This document shows positions 28,824 through 39,660 of a stretch of 64,000 bases of DNA, piece after piece. The position numbers and the translations under genes were made by a program. This DNA is from a virus. Lineage: Duplodnaviria > Caudoviricetes. Where the stretch lies: the IMG/VR virus record IMGVR_UViG_3300050821_001527, positions 128,001 to 192,000 of that record; one strand, given 5' to 3'. The notes under the pieces are model-generated. The model made no database searches, was not told where the DNA came from, and saw nothing but the letters and a program-made list of their open reading frames with translations. Numbering within the stretch: the first letter of the stretch is position 1; each line of letters begins with the position of its first letter.

Positions 28824-29243
28824 ATGAAAATACAGCAAAAATCTCCCCCTCCCGAAAAGCGAATTCTCGACAGCGGTTCCCGCCAGCAGTTTAAAACCGG
28901 CTCAGTCCGTGACACTTCCGAGGGTAAGGGGCGATTCGATTTGCTCCCGTTTTACGCTCTTTTGAAGGTCGCGCAGCACTTTGAGGAAGGTGCGAAGAAA
29001 TACGCGGAAGACAACTGGCGCAAGGGCCAGCCCGCTTCCCGCCTGTTTGATAGCTGCCAACGTCATTTGGCGAAATACGCAATGGGGTTCGAGGACGAGC
29101 CGCATTTGACCGCTGCCGCGTGGAATCTGCTTGCGCTTATCGAAACGCTCAAGCGAGTTGAGCTTGGTCAACTTCCGGCTGAACTAAACGATTTCCCGCG
29201 TGTCAAGATGGAATTTGACACCAAAGAGGACAAGAAAATCTAA
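28824..29243 (+). CDS. dATP/dGTP diphosphohydrolase (DUF5664)
   Basis: GKGRFDLLP...GAKKYAEDNWRKG...RHL...HLTAAAWN. Confidence 0.88.
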   Translation: MKIQQKSPPPEKRILDSGSRQQFKTGSVRDTSEGKGRFDLLPFYALLKVAQHFEEGAKKYAEDNWRKGQPASRLFDSCQRHLAKYAMGFEDEPHLTAAAWNLLALIETLKRVELGQLPAELNDFPRVKMEFDTKEDKKI

Positions 29244-29458
29244 TGGAAAAGCATGGTTTAATGGCGCGATACCCGAGGGACACAGGACACCACTCTTGGG
29301 CGAGCCGTGACTATGAGGATGTGGATTGCAAGGCGGTTGGATGCCTTTTCAATCTACAAGAGAAATGTTCCGTTCCGTCCAGATGCAAGATAAATAGCGA
29401 AGGAAGATGCGAGGGATTTATGGCGCGTCCGACGCCCAAAAAAATTGACGGAGATTAA
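29243..29458 (+). CDS. Four-Cys small protein (DUF1540-like)
   Basis: C...C.FN...C......I...G.C. Confidence 0.55.
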   Translation: MEKHGLMARYPRDTGHHSWASRDYEDVDCKAVGCLFNLQEKCSVPSRCKINSEGRCEGFMARPTPKKIDGD

Positions 29459-29625
29459 CATGCCCAAGACACAAGAACGTCCCAGTAAGAAAAAGGTGGA
29501 GAAATCCAGCCAACCCAAATCCGCGCCCGCAACGGAGCGCACGTCTCCGCGTCATTTGGGGTTTGGGCTTTACGATACGAGTGGCGGGCATTTAGGCTTT
29601 GGACTCTACAAGGTGGACAGATAAC

Positions 29626-30258
29626 ATGACAGACCGAGAACGCATCCTTTCAGCCGTGGTTTCCGAACTGGCAACGACACAACTTTTGTGTCGTGGCGGG
29701 TATTCGGAGCAGGATTTTAAGGGGCGTGGCTTGGGTGATACAGATGCTCCTTACGTTCATTTTGCGTATTATCGTGAGCCTGTCGCGGGTGATTTGGTCT
29801 TAGCTAAGACCGGCCATAACAGCGAGTGGAAAATTGGCTGGTATGTTCGCCGTCTTGATGCAGCTTTGGGTGGAGCAGTTATCCGCGAAATTGGTTCTGA
29901 AAGACTTTGTAACTACAGTAACGAGGGATTTGTCCCTATCGTTGGCATGTATAAGTCGGAAATACTGGAAGGGTTGCAATATAAGATTTCCAGACTCGTT
30001 CAGATGGCCTTTAAGAAGGGTGACGAATATTCCTACAGGTTTGCGGGAGTAGAATTCGTTGAAGGAAATAAGGCGATTATTTGGGTGCGTGAAGTTTGGG
30101 GCGGTTTATCCAAGCCTTCAAAACCGTTCTCAATCGAACTGATTTACGACAAGAAGACGACTATCAAGAAGATTCTGGAAGTCCTCCGCGCTGGCGGATA
30201 CGGAACAAGAAAATTCGAGTTGGTGAATCCCGACCCGTCCCCAAATTTAATTCAATAA
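29626..30258 (+). CDS. Hypothetical protein
   Basis: ~210 aa ORF. Confidence 0.75.
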   Translation: MTDRERILSAVVSELATTQLLCRGGYSEQDFKGRGLGDTDAPYVHFAYYREPVAGDLVLAKTGHNSEWKIGWYVRRLDAALGGAVIREIGSERLCNYSNEGFVPIVGMYKSEILEGLQYKISRLVQMAFKKGDEYSYRFAGVEFVEGNKAIIWVREVWGGLSKPSKPFSIELIYDKKTTIKKILEVLRAGGYGTRKFELVNPDPSPNLIQ

Positions 30259-30260
30259 AT

Positions 30261-30881
30261 ATGAGAATGCAAACAGTAAGATACAAGGCGTTTAATCCCG
30301 AGCTTCCCGTCATCGCCCCCAAGCGTGGGACTGCGAGTGCTGCCGGTTATGATTTGACCTACGTGGGCTATCCGGTCATTCTTGAACCGGGCAAGCGTTA
30401 TGCCTTTCCCACGAATCTCATTCTTGAAATACCTGAGTCGTTTTACGGACGCATCGCCCCTCGTTCCGGCCTCGCCTTCAAACAGGGCATTGATGTTCTC
30501 GCCGGGGTCATAGACTCTGACTACAGGGGCGAAGTCAAGGTAATCCTCGTTAATTTGGGGGACAAGTCAGCTTCGTTTTTGAACGGGGACAAGATTGCTC
30601 AAATAATCTTTGAGCGTTATTACGACTTCGTGGTTGAGCCTGCCGACCAGCTTGAGGAATCCGAGCGCGGCGAAGGCGGTTTCGGAAGCACCGACAAGAA
30701 AAGCAAGGTAGAGTTACTCTGCAAAATCTGCGGAGGCTCATGGGATAAAGCGCACAGTGATACGGTGGGGTGTCCTGTCAAGAATGAGGAAGTAGTCTGC
30801 GCGACTTGCGGGGCACCCCCGGCATTTCCTACGGCTGTCAAAACGCCTTATTACTGCTCGTCTTGTCAAGGAATGGCCTAA
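30261..30881 (+). CDS. dut: Trimeric dUTPase with C-terminal Cys-rich extension
   Basis: SAAGYDL, RIAPRSGLA, GVIDSDYRGE, KIAQII, RGEGGFGST. Confidence 0.93.
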   Translation: MRMQTVRYKAFNPELPVIAPKRGTASAAGYDLTYVGYPVILEPGKRYAFPTNLILEIPESFYGRIAPRSGLAFKQGIDVLAGVIDSDYRGEVKVILVNLGDKSASFLNGDKIAQIIFERYYDFVVEPADQLEESERGEGGFGSTDKKSKVELLCKICGGSWDKAHSDTVGCPVKNEEVVCATCGAPPAFPTAVKTPYYCSSCQGMA

Positions 30882-30884
30882 TTT

Positions 30885-31739
30885 ATGAATACGACAGTCA
30901 TCTATCATCGTGCTGACTATGACGGGATTTTCTCCCGCGAAGTAGCCAAGCGTTTCCTTCCGGCCACGACCAATTACATTGGTTGGGACTACGGCGACCC
31001 CGTGCCGGAAATTCCGCTGGATACTAAGTTGTATATGATTGACCTGTCTATTGACGCCTTAATGACCTTTCCGGGGCTTATCTGGATTGACCATCACAAG
31101 TCGGCGATTGAAAAGTTTCCCGCCGCGCTCAAGGGCTATCGCATTGACGGGGTGGCGGCTTGTCGTTTGGCCTATCAATGGTTCCTGAAAGAACAACGCG
31201 ACCTTGCCGGGATGGTTTGGATGCTCCCCGACAAGCTGGAATTTGATGAACGCAGGGTTGAAGAACCCCTTGCACTTACTCTGGCGGGTGAATACGATGT
31301 TTGGGTGCATAAGGGTGATGGCGCGGTAGAGTTCCAATTTGGCCTTGACGCCCAACCGGAACTTGATTGGGACGAGCTATTCGACTCAGCCGATTACGTC
31401 AACAAGCTTGTCGGCGAAGGAGCGATTGCCATGCGTTGTTACACCAAGCGTGACGCCGTGAATGTCACGGAGCGCGGGTTCATTCACCAATGGGAAGGTC
31501 TGAATTTCCTCACGTTGAATACCGTTCGCAGCAACTCGAACAGCTTCGCCGCAAGGGACGTTCCTGAAACCGGCCACGACGCTTTGATGACCTACTTCTG
31601 GAATGGCAAGGTCTGGACATTCTCGCTCTATCACGCGAAGCACAACAAGGAAATTGACCTTTCCGCCATCGCCTCGAAATACAAGGGTGGCGGGCACAAA
31701 GGAGCCTGTGGATTCCAGTTGGCCCAACTCCCGTTCTAA
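30885..31739 (+). CDS. DHH/DHHA1 family phosphoesterase
   Basis: YHRADYDG, DLS, WIDHH, GGGHKGACGF. Confidence 0.88.
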   Translation: MNTTVIYHRADYDGIFSREVAKRFLPATTNYIGWDYGDPVPEIPLDTKLYMIDLSIDALMTFPGLIWIDHHKSAIEKFPAALKGYRIDGVAACRLAYQWFLKEQRDLAGMVWMLPDKLEFDERRVEEPLALTLAGEYDVWVHKGDGAVEFQFGLDAQPELDWDELFDSADYVNKLVGEGAIAMRCYTKRDAVNVTERGFIHQWEGLNFLTLNTVRSNSNSFAARDVPETGHDALMTYFWNGKVWTFSLYHAKHNKEIDLSAIASKYKGGGHKGACGFQLAQLPF

Positions 31740-31740
31740 C

Positions 31741-32298
31741 ATGAAATTTTTCAAAAATCTGTTCGCCAAACGTCCACCATCCGAAAAACCCTCACCACCG
31801 AAGGCCGGGGACAGATTCGTGGACAAGGTTTGGGGCGATACCATTCTCGCCATTACCCAAATAAGCGATAAGGGCGACCTGATTCGCTACAGGTTCGACC
31901 AGATTGATGGCAAGAACTACGAAGGCTTGAAATATCGCAGCCTATGCACTATGCCCGTTTGGTTGCTGAAAAGTCAATATAAGTTCCTTGACAGGAAGTA
32001 AAATGTTGATTATTATTGATTTATGAAATACGAAACACGTTCTCAAATCACTGGCAGGTTCATTTCCCGCTCTCACGCCCGTCGCATCGCTACCCTTCGC
32101 CGTCAACAGCGCACACGCCCTGAAACGGTTGTCACGGGGCGTCTCTACGGATGGAAGGGCGCGGTTGTCCGTGCTGGCCGAAAAGTCAACCAGTTGCGCC
32201 TCGTCACTCTGCATAAGAGTCTCGTTGGTTACGTGCCCGACAATGAACTGTCGTTGGTTACACCTGAAACGGTCAAGGGTTACTTAAAAACAGCCTAA
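31741..32298 (+). CDS. Two short hypothetical ORFs (31741-32001, 32023-32298)
   Basis: Second follows promoter 31988-32016 by 6 nt. Confidence 0.6.
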
Positions 32299-32459
32299 CC
32301 CAAAACTTTTTGGACTCGCGCTCCCGTCGAGTGTAATATAGAATAAGAGTGGAAAAATGGTCAAGTCAGGAGTCTTTCTCCATCTACCATAAAAGGCCAC
32401 AACTTATTGCACTCTACGAGATAGCCGAGCAATTCGGTTATTTTTCGTCCCCATAAACC

Positions 32460-32977
32460 ATGACCATCACGATAGGATACTGGGCATTCCCCTTGGCCGC
32501 GACAGTTATATGTCTCGTTCTGATGTTTCGACCTTATCATAGAAGCGGGAGTTATGACTTCGGGGAAATCTTCCGACTGCTTTGGTTGGTTCCTATCTCG
32601 GTGGCGTGGCTGCTTTACTTTGGTATTCGAGCCTTACTAACGTGAACCATCGCCGCCCATTCAGGATTAAGAGAAGCGATGCGGAGAAAATAATCCGCGA
32701 GGCAATGTCAATGACGCCGCAGGTTTGGTGCGACCAGCTTGATGGCAGCGTCAGTTTCTCTCGCCAGCCCACCGACAAGACGCCCGAAGAAGTTTTGCAG
32801 ATTGGCTTGCGAGAGGTAAATACCTTGTGGAATTTCATTAAGCGCGAGGCAATGTGCGGCGACGAGGCTTACTATGACGTTGGCTGCTGCACTTTGGGTA
32901 AAAGGCCCGAATACTTTCTGTGGATTAAGCTATCCATAGAGGACGGAGACAAGTTAGTCAAGAAATACAAATTATGA
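32460..32977 (+). CDS. Small two-TM protein (32460-32645) and hypothetical protein (32642-32977)
   Basis: Overlap chain. Confidence 0.55.
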
Positions 32978-33477
32978 ACCTTCCAATACCTTCATGGGAC
33001 GAGCTATTCATGCGCGACGTTTATCTGCGAGCGTCCAAGTCGAAAGACCCAAGCACGAAGATAGGCGCGGTATTGGTCAAGGATGGACACGACATTCTCA
33101 AAGGCTACAACGGCTTTCCGAAGGGCGTTAAAGACCTTCCAGAACGATACGCTGATAGGGCGGTTAAATACGGAATGGTGGCTCACGCGGAAGCCAATGC
33201 TGTTTTCATGGGTGCGCGTTTTGGAATTTCGACGTTGGGCACGACGCTTTATACCCAAAGTCCTCCCTGCCATAATTGCGCTATTGCCGTCATTCAAGGT
33301 GGTATCAAAGACATTGTTGTCCACGCTCAATGGCCGGAAATGAACCACGTCGAGGAATGGGTGAAGTCAATCGCTCTTGCGAAGGTCATGTTAGGGGAAG
33401 CGGGAATCTCAATTCGCGTCTTTGACAAGGTGTTGGGACTCCAAGGGCTAATCGGAGGCAAGATTGTTGATGTATGA
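32974..33477 (+). CDS. dCMP deaminase
   Basis: SKDPSTKIGAV, GYNGFP, HAEANA, PCHNC. Confidence 0.93.
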   Translation: MNLPIPSWDELFMRDVYLRASKSKDPSTKIGAVLVKDGHDILKGYNGFPKGVKDLPERYADRAVKYGMVAHAEANAVFMGARFGISTLGTTLYTQSPPCHNCAIAVIQGGIKDIVVHAQWPEMNHVEEWVKSIALAKVMLGEAGISIRVFDKVLGLQGLIGGKIVDV

Positions 33478-34020
33478 GAAATGAGATTTACTTTACCACC
33501 AACCTTACTGAGAATGAACACTACATCGTAGAGGACATTATCAGGCAGTTTTGCAAGGCTAAGGGCTGGCAGGTTTTGTATTATCGAAAGTTCAAGAATG
33601 GCCATGTTTCGGGCTACCGTGAATGCAAGATTGTCGGACATATCCCCTCTATCCTCAAAGAGTTGGAATTAAATTCAATAAATATCGGCAACGCCAATAG
33701 ACAGGTCAAGTTTAAGGAGAAAACCGTCCCTGAATGGCTGGCCGAACGCTTGGCCAAACTTTTCTCTTGACAGGTTGGGAATTGTTGGATAGTCTGATGG
33801 TATGTCTGATTACTCAACATTGAAATCAAAACTGCTCACCCTCCAAGAGCAAATGGAGGGACTCGAAGCCGAACTGAAAACCTTCAAGTTCGAGAGTGAA
33901 TTTAACCGCGAAGAAGCCTTCGACGAAATCGCCACCGCCATTGTCGCCTTCGATGACCTCGAAGAAATCCTTGACAGGGATGAAGAACTTGTTAGAATGA
34001 AGGAAGCAACAGCAGAATAA
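33474..34020 (+). CDS. Two short hypothetical ORFs (33474-33770, 33802-34020)
   Basis: Second follows promoter 33767-33795 by 6 nt. Confidence 0.6.
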
Positions 34021-34171
34021 CAAATACAAAATGAAACCCAAACCAAAAACCAGCCAGTATCGCAACCGCGCCAGCCGCCTCGTCCGCAAGTCCAAGACCA
34101 AGGAAGGCTTGACGCCCGCGCAGAAGGAACGCCTCAAGGAACTCTCCCAGTTCGTGTAAGCTTCCCATCAC

Positions 34172-34603
34172 ATGAGATTTACACCAGAGCAAATAACAAC
34201 CCTCGAACCGAACGAAGTCTTCGTTTTCGGTTCAAACCGCGCCGGGGTTCATGGTGCGGGGGCCGCGAAGCTGGCAGTCGAGAAATTCGGCGCACACTTC
34301 GGCGAGGGCGAGGGTGTCCAAGGGCGAAGCTATGCTTTCCCAACCAAGGACGAGAACATCCAGACCCTTCCGTTGGAGGAAATCGAAATCTCCGTCCAAA
34401 GGCTATTGAAAGCCTGCCGCATGGCTCCCTCCAAGACGTTTCTGTTGACGAAGGTGGGATGCGGACTGGCCGGTTTGACGGTCAAGGACGTGGCGACCTT
34501 GTTTAAGAATTACACGTTGCCTAAGAACCTTGTGCTGCCGATGGAGTTCCACGAAGTCATCTACCCGATGCCGAAACCGCGCTGCCGTTGCTCTTGTAAA
34601 TGA
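34172..34603 (+). CDS. Conserved phage protein, possibly macro-domain-like
   Basis: EVFVFGSN.AG.HGAGAAK.A...FGA...SYAFPT...KVGCGLAG. Confidence 0.7.
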   Translation: MRFTPEQITTLEPNEVFVFGSNRAGVHGAGAAKLAVEKFGAHFGEGEGVQGRSYAFPTKDENIQTLPLEEIEISVQRLLKACRMAPSKTFLLTKVGCGLAGLTVKDVATLFKNYTLPKNLVLPMEFHEVIYPMPKPRCRCSCK

Positions 34604-34760
34604 AGCCTTGGTGCCAGCATATCAAATTCGACTACCTTTTCGGGGATGACCCGTATCCCCGCTGGATTTTAACCAGCCGAGGAATCGAAGCGGGCGACGA
34701 TTGGAAGTGCTGCCCGGTTTGCGCTCAGAAACGACCCCGCAGAAATAAAAAGAAAAACAC

Positions 34761-35378
34761 ATGAACTTGGAAGTGGGACAACGAGTAAAGTATTGGGACG
34801 CGGATAATATCCTGCGTTTCGGCTTTTTCTGCTCTGGAAACGAGAAGAAGGTGGTTCTCGCGCTTTTCCCAACTGGCCATAAGCTTTCGGATAATTTTTC
34901 GCCGCCGAACATGACTTGGGAAGTTCAAAGGGAGAGAATCTATGAGGGCTAAGGACTTGGAAATTTGCTATAAGGGCATGTCGGCTCCCGTCAAGGAGTT
35001 GATTGAAGTTGCCCGCGCTGCCCAAAAGGAATGCGATAAATTCAACTTCCCCGACGAGGACAGACCGATTTTGCACGAAGCACTCGAAAAATTGAAGAAA
35101 GCCTGCCCGGACTTTTTCGCATGAAAATCAAACGAACAATCGCAAATACCCTCTATTGGGGCATGGCCGGAACGGTTACGCTATTGATTGGCGGCATTGC
35201 CGTCGCCGGGATTTTCAAGGTTGTAGCGTCAATGGTGCAATTTCTTTCCGATTTCTTCTCCGACCCCAAGGCTCGCTTGGCTGTCGGTTTGGTCATTGCG
35301 TTCTACGGAACCGGGATTACGGTGCTGCTCCTGATTTTCAAGCTCTTTGAGTGGGCAAATAAAAATCGAAAAATATGA
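34761..35378 (+). CDS. Three short ORFs (34761-34952, 34942-35124, 35121-35378 two-TM)
   Basis: Overlap chain. Confidence 0.55.
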
Positions 35379-35578
35379 GCTTCCATTTCATACACCGATG
35401 GGAGAAATACTCCCTTGAGGGAAAAGATGGCAGCGAACAGCTTTGGCGTCAATGCCGCGTGTGCCACGTCACCCAATTTCTCGCAGTCATCAGCCCTTCT
35501 CTGGAACTTCATTCTTCCGCCCGAACCAGTCATCCATATCCCTTGACAGACCCCGAAAAAGTCGTTAGGCTGTATTGA
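35375..35578 (+). CDS. Small HxWxKY...RxCxxC protein
   Basis: HRWEKY...RQCRVCHVTQ. Confidence 0.6.
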   Translation: MSFHFIHRWEKYSLEGKDGSEQLWRQCRVCHVTQFLAVISPSLELHSSARTSHPYPLTDPEKVVRLY

Positions 35579-36000
35579 TGAAAGTTTTATACGAAGTGTT
35601 GGTTCCAACAATGTATGGCTTCCCAAAAGTCACGCCCATCTCCACCCGCCATCACAAAAACTGGGACAAAGAAGTTCAAAAAATCACTGGTGGTTTAACC
35701 ATTATGAAGCCCGCGCAGGGCAGATGGGTGGACAAGGGCGTAGAGTATCCCGAACGTATTATCCCTGTTAGGATTATGTGCGAAGAAAGGGAAAACTCAT
35801 TTAAAGCATCCCCCGGTGGAATGACTTCTTGCCCCGACAATACACAAATAACCAAAATTATCCAGTTGACCTTGAGACACTACCGACAGAAGGCCGTGAT
35901 GTATTATGTTGTCTCCAATGATGTTAGGGTAGTCTATGCTACGGAGTTTAAACTGACTTCATCGCGCAATGGTCAGCGTCCGTGCAACCCCCGCTCGTAG
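35578..36000 (+). CDS. Hypothetical protein
   Basis: ATG 6 nt after promoter 35543-35571; 3' end overlaps antisense HNH. Confidence 0.7.
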   Translation: MKVLYEVLVPTMYGFPKVTPISTRHHKNWDKEVQKITGGLTIMKPAQGRWVDKGVEYPERIIPVRIMCEERENSFKASPGGMTSCPDNTQITKIIQLTLRHYRQKAVMYYVVSNDVRVVYATEFKLTSSRNGQRPCNPRS

Positions 36001-36469
36001 TTTTAGCTTGATGACAATTAGCGCAAAGCAGTTGCAAAATTTTAGGGAATTTCTGGCGGAAGGCCCAAGTATAAATGCTCCCTTTGGTGCCATTGAATAC
36101 TTCCTGACGGTGTTTTGCCCCGTCGTTATTGATATGGTCAAGCTGTAGATATTTATGCACACCCAAGCCACAACACTTGCATTTTCCTCCGTAGGCTTCG
36201 ATACAGGCCGCACGGTGTTTGGCGTAAATCTCTCGATTACGCTCGGAATGCTTGTCCAAACACGATTCGCACATGCTTTTGCCTTCAACGCGGGGATTGA
36301 TGCAACAATATCTGCACAAGCCATTTTGGATAGCTTTTTCTTTAAATGAATGACCGTAACTCAGGTGTTCAAGGTGGTGCTTTTCGCATCGGGTTTTCCC
36401 TTCCATGCGTGGGGCACCGCAACGGGTGCAAAGTCCTGCCGCCTTGTATTCAAAATATCTACTGTTCAT
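35948..36469 (-). mobile_element. HNH homing endonuclease (antisense to neighbours)
   Basis: N-terminal CxxC repeats; CKCCG..LQLDHINNDG..LLCANCHQAK. Confidence 0.85.
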
Positions 36470-36546
36470 ACCTTTCATTACACGTAGCCGTATGTGGAGA
36501 GAAATTAAATCTTGACACGCCCGGAAAGATAACCTAATCTTTGATT

Positions 36547-36783
36547 ATGGAATACACGCCTGATGACTTAATAAAGCTGGTTGGTGCGGTTGCCGGACTG
36601 GAACGCGCCGGACAACGTGCGTTTGTTGACTTTGGATATGGCAACGCCGTCCAAAAATGGGAGGAACTGAAATCCGCCCGCAAACAGGAACGCGAGAATC
36701 TCCAAAAGGAGTTGACCAGAATCCAAACCCGTTTACAGGAAATTGACGGCAGGACGATTTACGCCGGAACAAAGGAAGTCTAA
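36547..36783 (+). CDS. Hypothetical protein
   Basis: ATG 6 nt after promoter 36512-36540. Confidence 0.7.
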   Translation: MEYTPDDLIKLVGAVAGLERAGQRAFVDFGYGNAVQKWEELKSARKQERENLQKELTRIQTRLQEIDGRTIYAGTKEV

Positions 36784-36786
36784 TTT

Positions 36787-37470
36787 ATGAATGACATACG
36801 CGAACCAGTTTGGACGGCGGAAAACCAAAACCGCAAATGCGGCGACACGACCTTCGATATTTGTGGATGGTGCAAACACCGTGGCTGCGGCACGATGCGC
36901 TACGACACCATGCTCCGAGGCTCCTGTGACCTGATGAAGCGTTACGGGAACGAAGTCGAGTGGGACACCCCCTGTAAAATCAAGGGTTTGGGCAAGGATG
37001 ACCTCAAGGACATTGTTGAGTCCAAGGGCTACGAAATCAGGGAACACGAAGCCGGTATCAAGCGCACCAACGAGGAAATCGTTGAACTGCAAAAACTGAT
37101 TCGCAAGGCTCCCAAAAAGCCCTGTCTCCCTGATGCTCGCGGTTGCGACCACTTTCCCCTGAATGCCCGCGTATGGGTGTTCTTGAACGGGAAAAATATC
37201 CAATCCACGACTGTCAAGACCGGCTGGTATGCAGGGGTCACGGTCAACGGCTATCGTTCCGGGGATGGGTGCGTCTCGTATGTCTTGGACGAGCTTCCTG
37301 AATCTCGCAAGGGTTGGGGCTGTGGTTTCGCGGTGCCCGTGGTCTTGCTGGCTTGGGAATACGAATACTTCAAGCAGAACACCGGCGACTTCAACGACTG
37401 GCTGCTGGCCTGCGACAAGAGCTACAACGGGGACAAGATTATCTGTCCCGCAATGAAGAACCTGAAATGA
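36787..37470 (+). CDS. Hypothetical protein
   Basis: 227 aa, Cys-rich N-terminus. Confidence 0.75.
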   Translation: MNDIREPVWTAENQNRKCGDTTFDICGWCKHRGCGTMRYDTMLRGSCDLMKRYGNEVEWDTPCKIKGLGKDDLKDIVESKGYEIREHEAGIKRTNEEIVELQKLIRKAPKKPCLPDARGCDHFPLNARVWVFLNGKNIQSTTVKTGWYAGVTVNGYRSGDGCVSYVLDELPESRKGWGCGFAVPVVLLAWEYEYFKQNTGDFNDWLLACDKSYNGDKIICPAMKNLK

Positions 37471-37805
37471 AAAATCCCTACATCGTCCCGCCTTTCGCGG
37501 TTCCCGACCATTACAAGCCCACTGTGAGATTTTTCTGGTGGTCTTGGCATCCGAACTACTCCTATTGGTCGAAGTCCTGTTGGGGCGGCAACACGGAGGA
37601 CGAGGCATGGGACGCCTTGGCGAAACCGATGGCCGACAGTATGCGCTATTATGACAACAGGCTTGTGCGCGAAGGTGACGGACAGTTCACGGTAGTCGCC
37701 GCCTCGCCTTGCAAGGAATTAGGAGCTTGGCAGGAAATTGCCCGCGATGCAAATGGCTGGCGCAAACCCACTGACGCCAAACCGATTAAGGGGTGGGATA
37801 AATAA
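37467..37805 (+). CDS. Hypothetical protein
   Basis: Overlap chain. Confidence 0.65.
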   Translation: MKNPYIVPPFAVPDHYKPTVRFFWWSWHPNYSYWSKSCWGGNTEDEAWDALAKPMADSMRYYDNRLVREGDGQFTVVAASPCKELGAWQEIARDANGWRKPTDAKPIKGWDK

Positions 37806-38174
37806 TTCAATATATGTCTGCCCGCCAAAAGAAAGTCGAACAACTTGCGGAAGTCATCTACCGCGCCCTGTATGCCACGTCCTATGACGGTGGCAACAAT
37901 TTGAGATACCATGCCGAGCAACTGGCTCAGGTGCTAGTGGACATGATTGACCCGATTGAGTAAAAGTATGACCCAAGCCGAAATAGACGCGGAAAAGCGC
38001 GGGAAACTAGAAGGGCTGCGCTATGCGGCCTCCCTTTGCGAGTTTCGCCGATTGCCCATGTATAATGCGTCTTACCATGCGGCCTGCAACGACATACAGA
38101 TTTTCTGTCTTGCGGCAGTTGAGCGTGTCGAAGCCGGGGAACAAATGGAAAGCCTAGCTATCGCACATTGATTT

Positions 38175-38324
38175 ATGAAGCTGCGTATCTACCACGAATG
38201 GCGCAAATACACCCTCCGCGATGACAGTCGTAGATTCTACCTGCGTAAGTGCATCCATTGCGGCAAAATACAGCTACGCGGAATATTGCCCTTGACACCA
38301 TCGGAAATCCTCAATAGAGTCTAA
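38175..38324 (+). CDS. Small HxWxKY...RxCxxCG protein (49 aa, not in ORF track)
   Basis: Manual translation ...HEWRKY...RKCIHCGKIQ. Confidence 0.6.
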   Translation: MKLRIYHEWRKYTLRDDSRRFYLRKCIHCGKIQLRGILPLTPSEILNRV

Positions 38325-38326
38325 TC

Positions 38327-39085
38327 ATGCGACCTGAATCCGAAAGAAACGTTGACAAAGAATTTCTCCGTAAGAAAGGCTGGTGGCCTACTTCCGCAGA
38401 CGAAATGACTTGGCTCTGCGAAGGCATGAATCCTAAATACGGCGGGCACACGCTTTCCGAAGCGGTCAAACGCCAGCAGGAAATGGAAATCATCGAGCGC
38501 AACGGGGCGTATTTCTACTACGTGCCTGACCGCATGGGTTTTGGCTACTGGATTGGCAAATACATTGACCGAAACCAGACTCCCCGCCGCACTCAATTCA
38601 CTGGTCTGACGAAAGAGGAAGCTCAAAAACTCGTCACCAAACTCAACAAGGACTCGAAATACGAGCCTATCTTGGGCGTTGACTATCAAGAGCATCAGTG
38701 GAACCGCATCATCATCTTCAAAGAGAAGCATGGCGACAGGCATTTCATTGCCCAAACCCGCAGCGACATGGAGAAAATCGCCCTCAAGATTGTCTTGGAG
38801 CGCGAGGACGAGGGCTGGTATGATTTTGAATACGAGGAACCTGTCCTGCCGAAAATCGCCTTGGAAAAGGCTGACGAATATGGCGCGACCCTTGCGGAAG
38901 CTATCAAGGCCGAATGGAAGTCCTATGAATACTCCCAAAAGCAATGCGCCCAAAGCAAGAAACTCGCCGAAGCTTTGAAGAAAATTGTCAAGGAAAAAGA
39001 CGGCGACGTGGCTATCCGCTTCCTGAATGAAATGAAGGGCGGCGAATACGAAGCCTTTGAAGTAACCGGCAGCGAAGAATTTTAA
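38327..39085 (+). CDS. Hypothetical protein
   Basis: 252 aa; ATG 6 nt after promoter 38292-38320. Confidence 0.8.
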   Translation: MRPESERNVDKEFLRKKGWWPTSADEMTWLCEGMNPKYGGHTLSEAVKRQQEMEIIERNGAYFYYVPDRMGFGYWIGKYIDRNQTPRRTQFTGLTKEEAQKLVTKLNKDSKYEPILGVDYQEHQWNRIIIFKEKHGDRHFIAQTRSDMEKIALKIVLEREDEGWYDFEYEEPVLPKIALEKADEYGATLAEAIKAEWKSYEYSQKQCAQSKKLAEALKKIVKEKDGDVAIRFLNEMKGGEYEAFEVTGSEEF

Positions 39086-39095
39086 TTCAATAAAT

Positions 39096-39656
39096 ATGCA
39101 AACACTACTTAAATTCACAATCCTGAATCGCAAAACGAAGGAACGCACGGAGATAGGCAAATACTACGAAGGATTCCTGCCTTTCTCGGAAGGCACCATC
39201 GTCACGACTGGTTTGTATATGCTTCGTGTCGAGCGTGTTTCGTTCTCCGCAGCCCTCTCGCCGACCCTCACCGTGGATTTGGACGAGGCCGTTGCCAGCA
39301 GCGACCAAGACAAGATGAATTGCATTGCCATGCTTGAACGTTTCGGTTGGGAAGTGATTTGACTTGACAGGCCCGGAAACATCATCTAATCTCTAAATAT
39401 GAAGTTACAAAAAGCCCCCGCCCGTAAAATCGAACCCACGATTGCGCTCAAGGACATTAAGCCCGGAGCCTGCGTCCGTTTCGCCCACGATACCATTGAG
39501 GACGCTTTCAAGTCCGACCTGTTTTTCATGCGCCTCGACGCCCCGGAAGCCAAAGACCGAGTTCGTCTGGTCAATCTGGCAGACGGCAAGCAACTTGAAC
39601 GCGACGGCGACCACCGCGTAGTCGTCCATACCTGCACCCTCAATCTCGACCTGTAA
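39096..39656 (+). CDS. Two short hypothetical ORFs (39096-39362, 39399-39656)
   Basis: Preceded by ATTCAATAAAT and by promoter 39364-39392 respectively. Confidence 0.65.
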
Positions 39657-39660
39657 TTCT

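Noticed and set aside
25119-30260. Long upstream extensions of ORFs 25119 and 30096
   Set aside because: They overlap upstream genes in other frames; starts at 25224 and 30261 fit better
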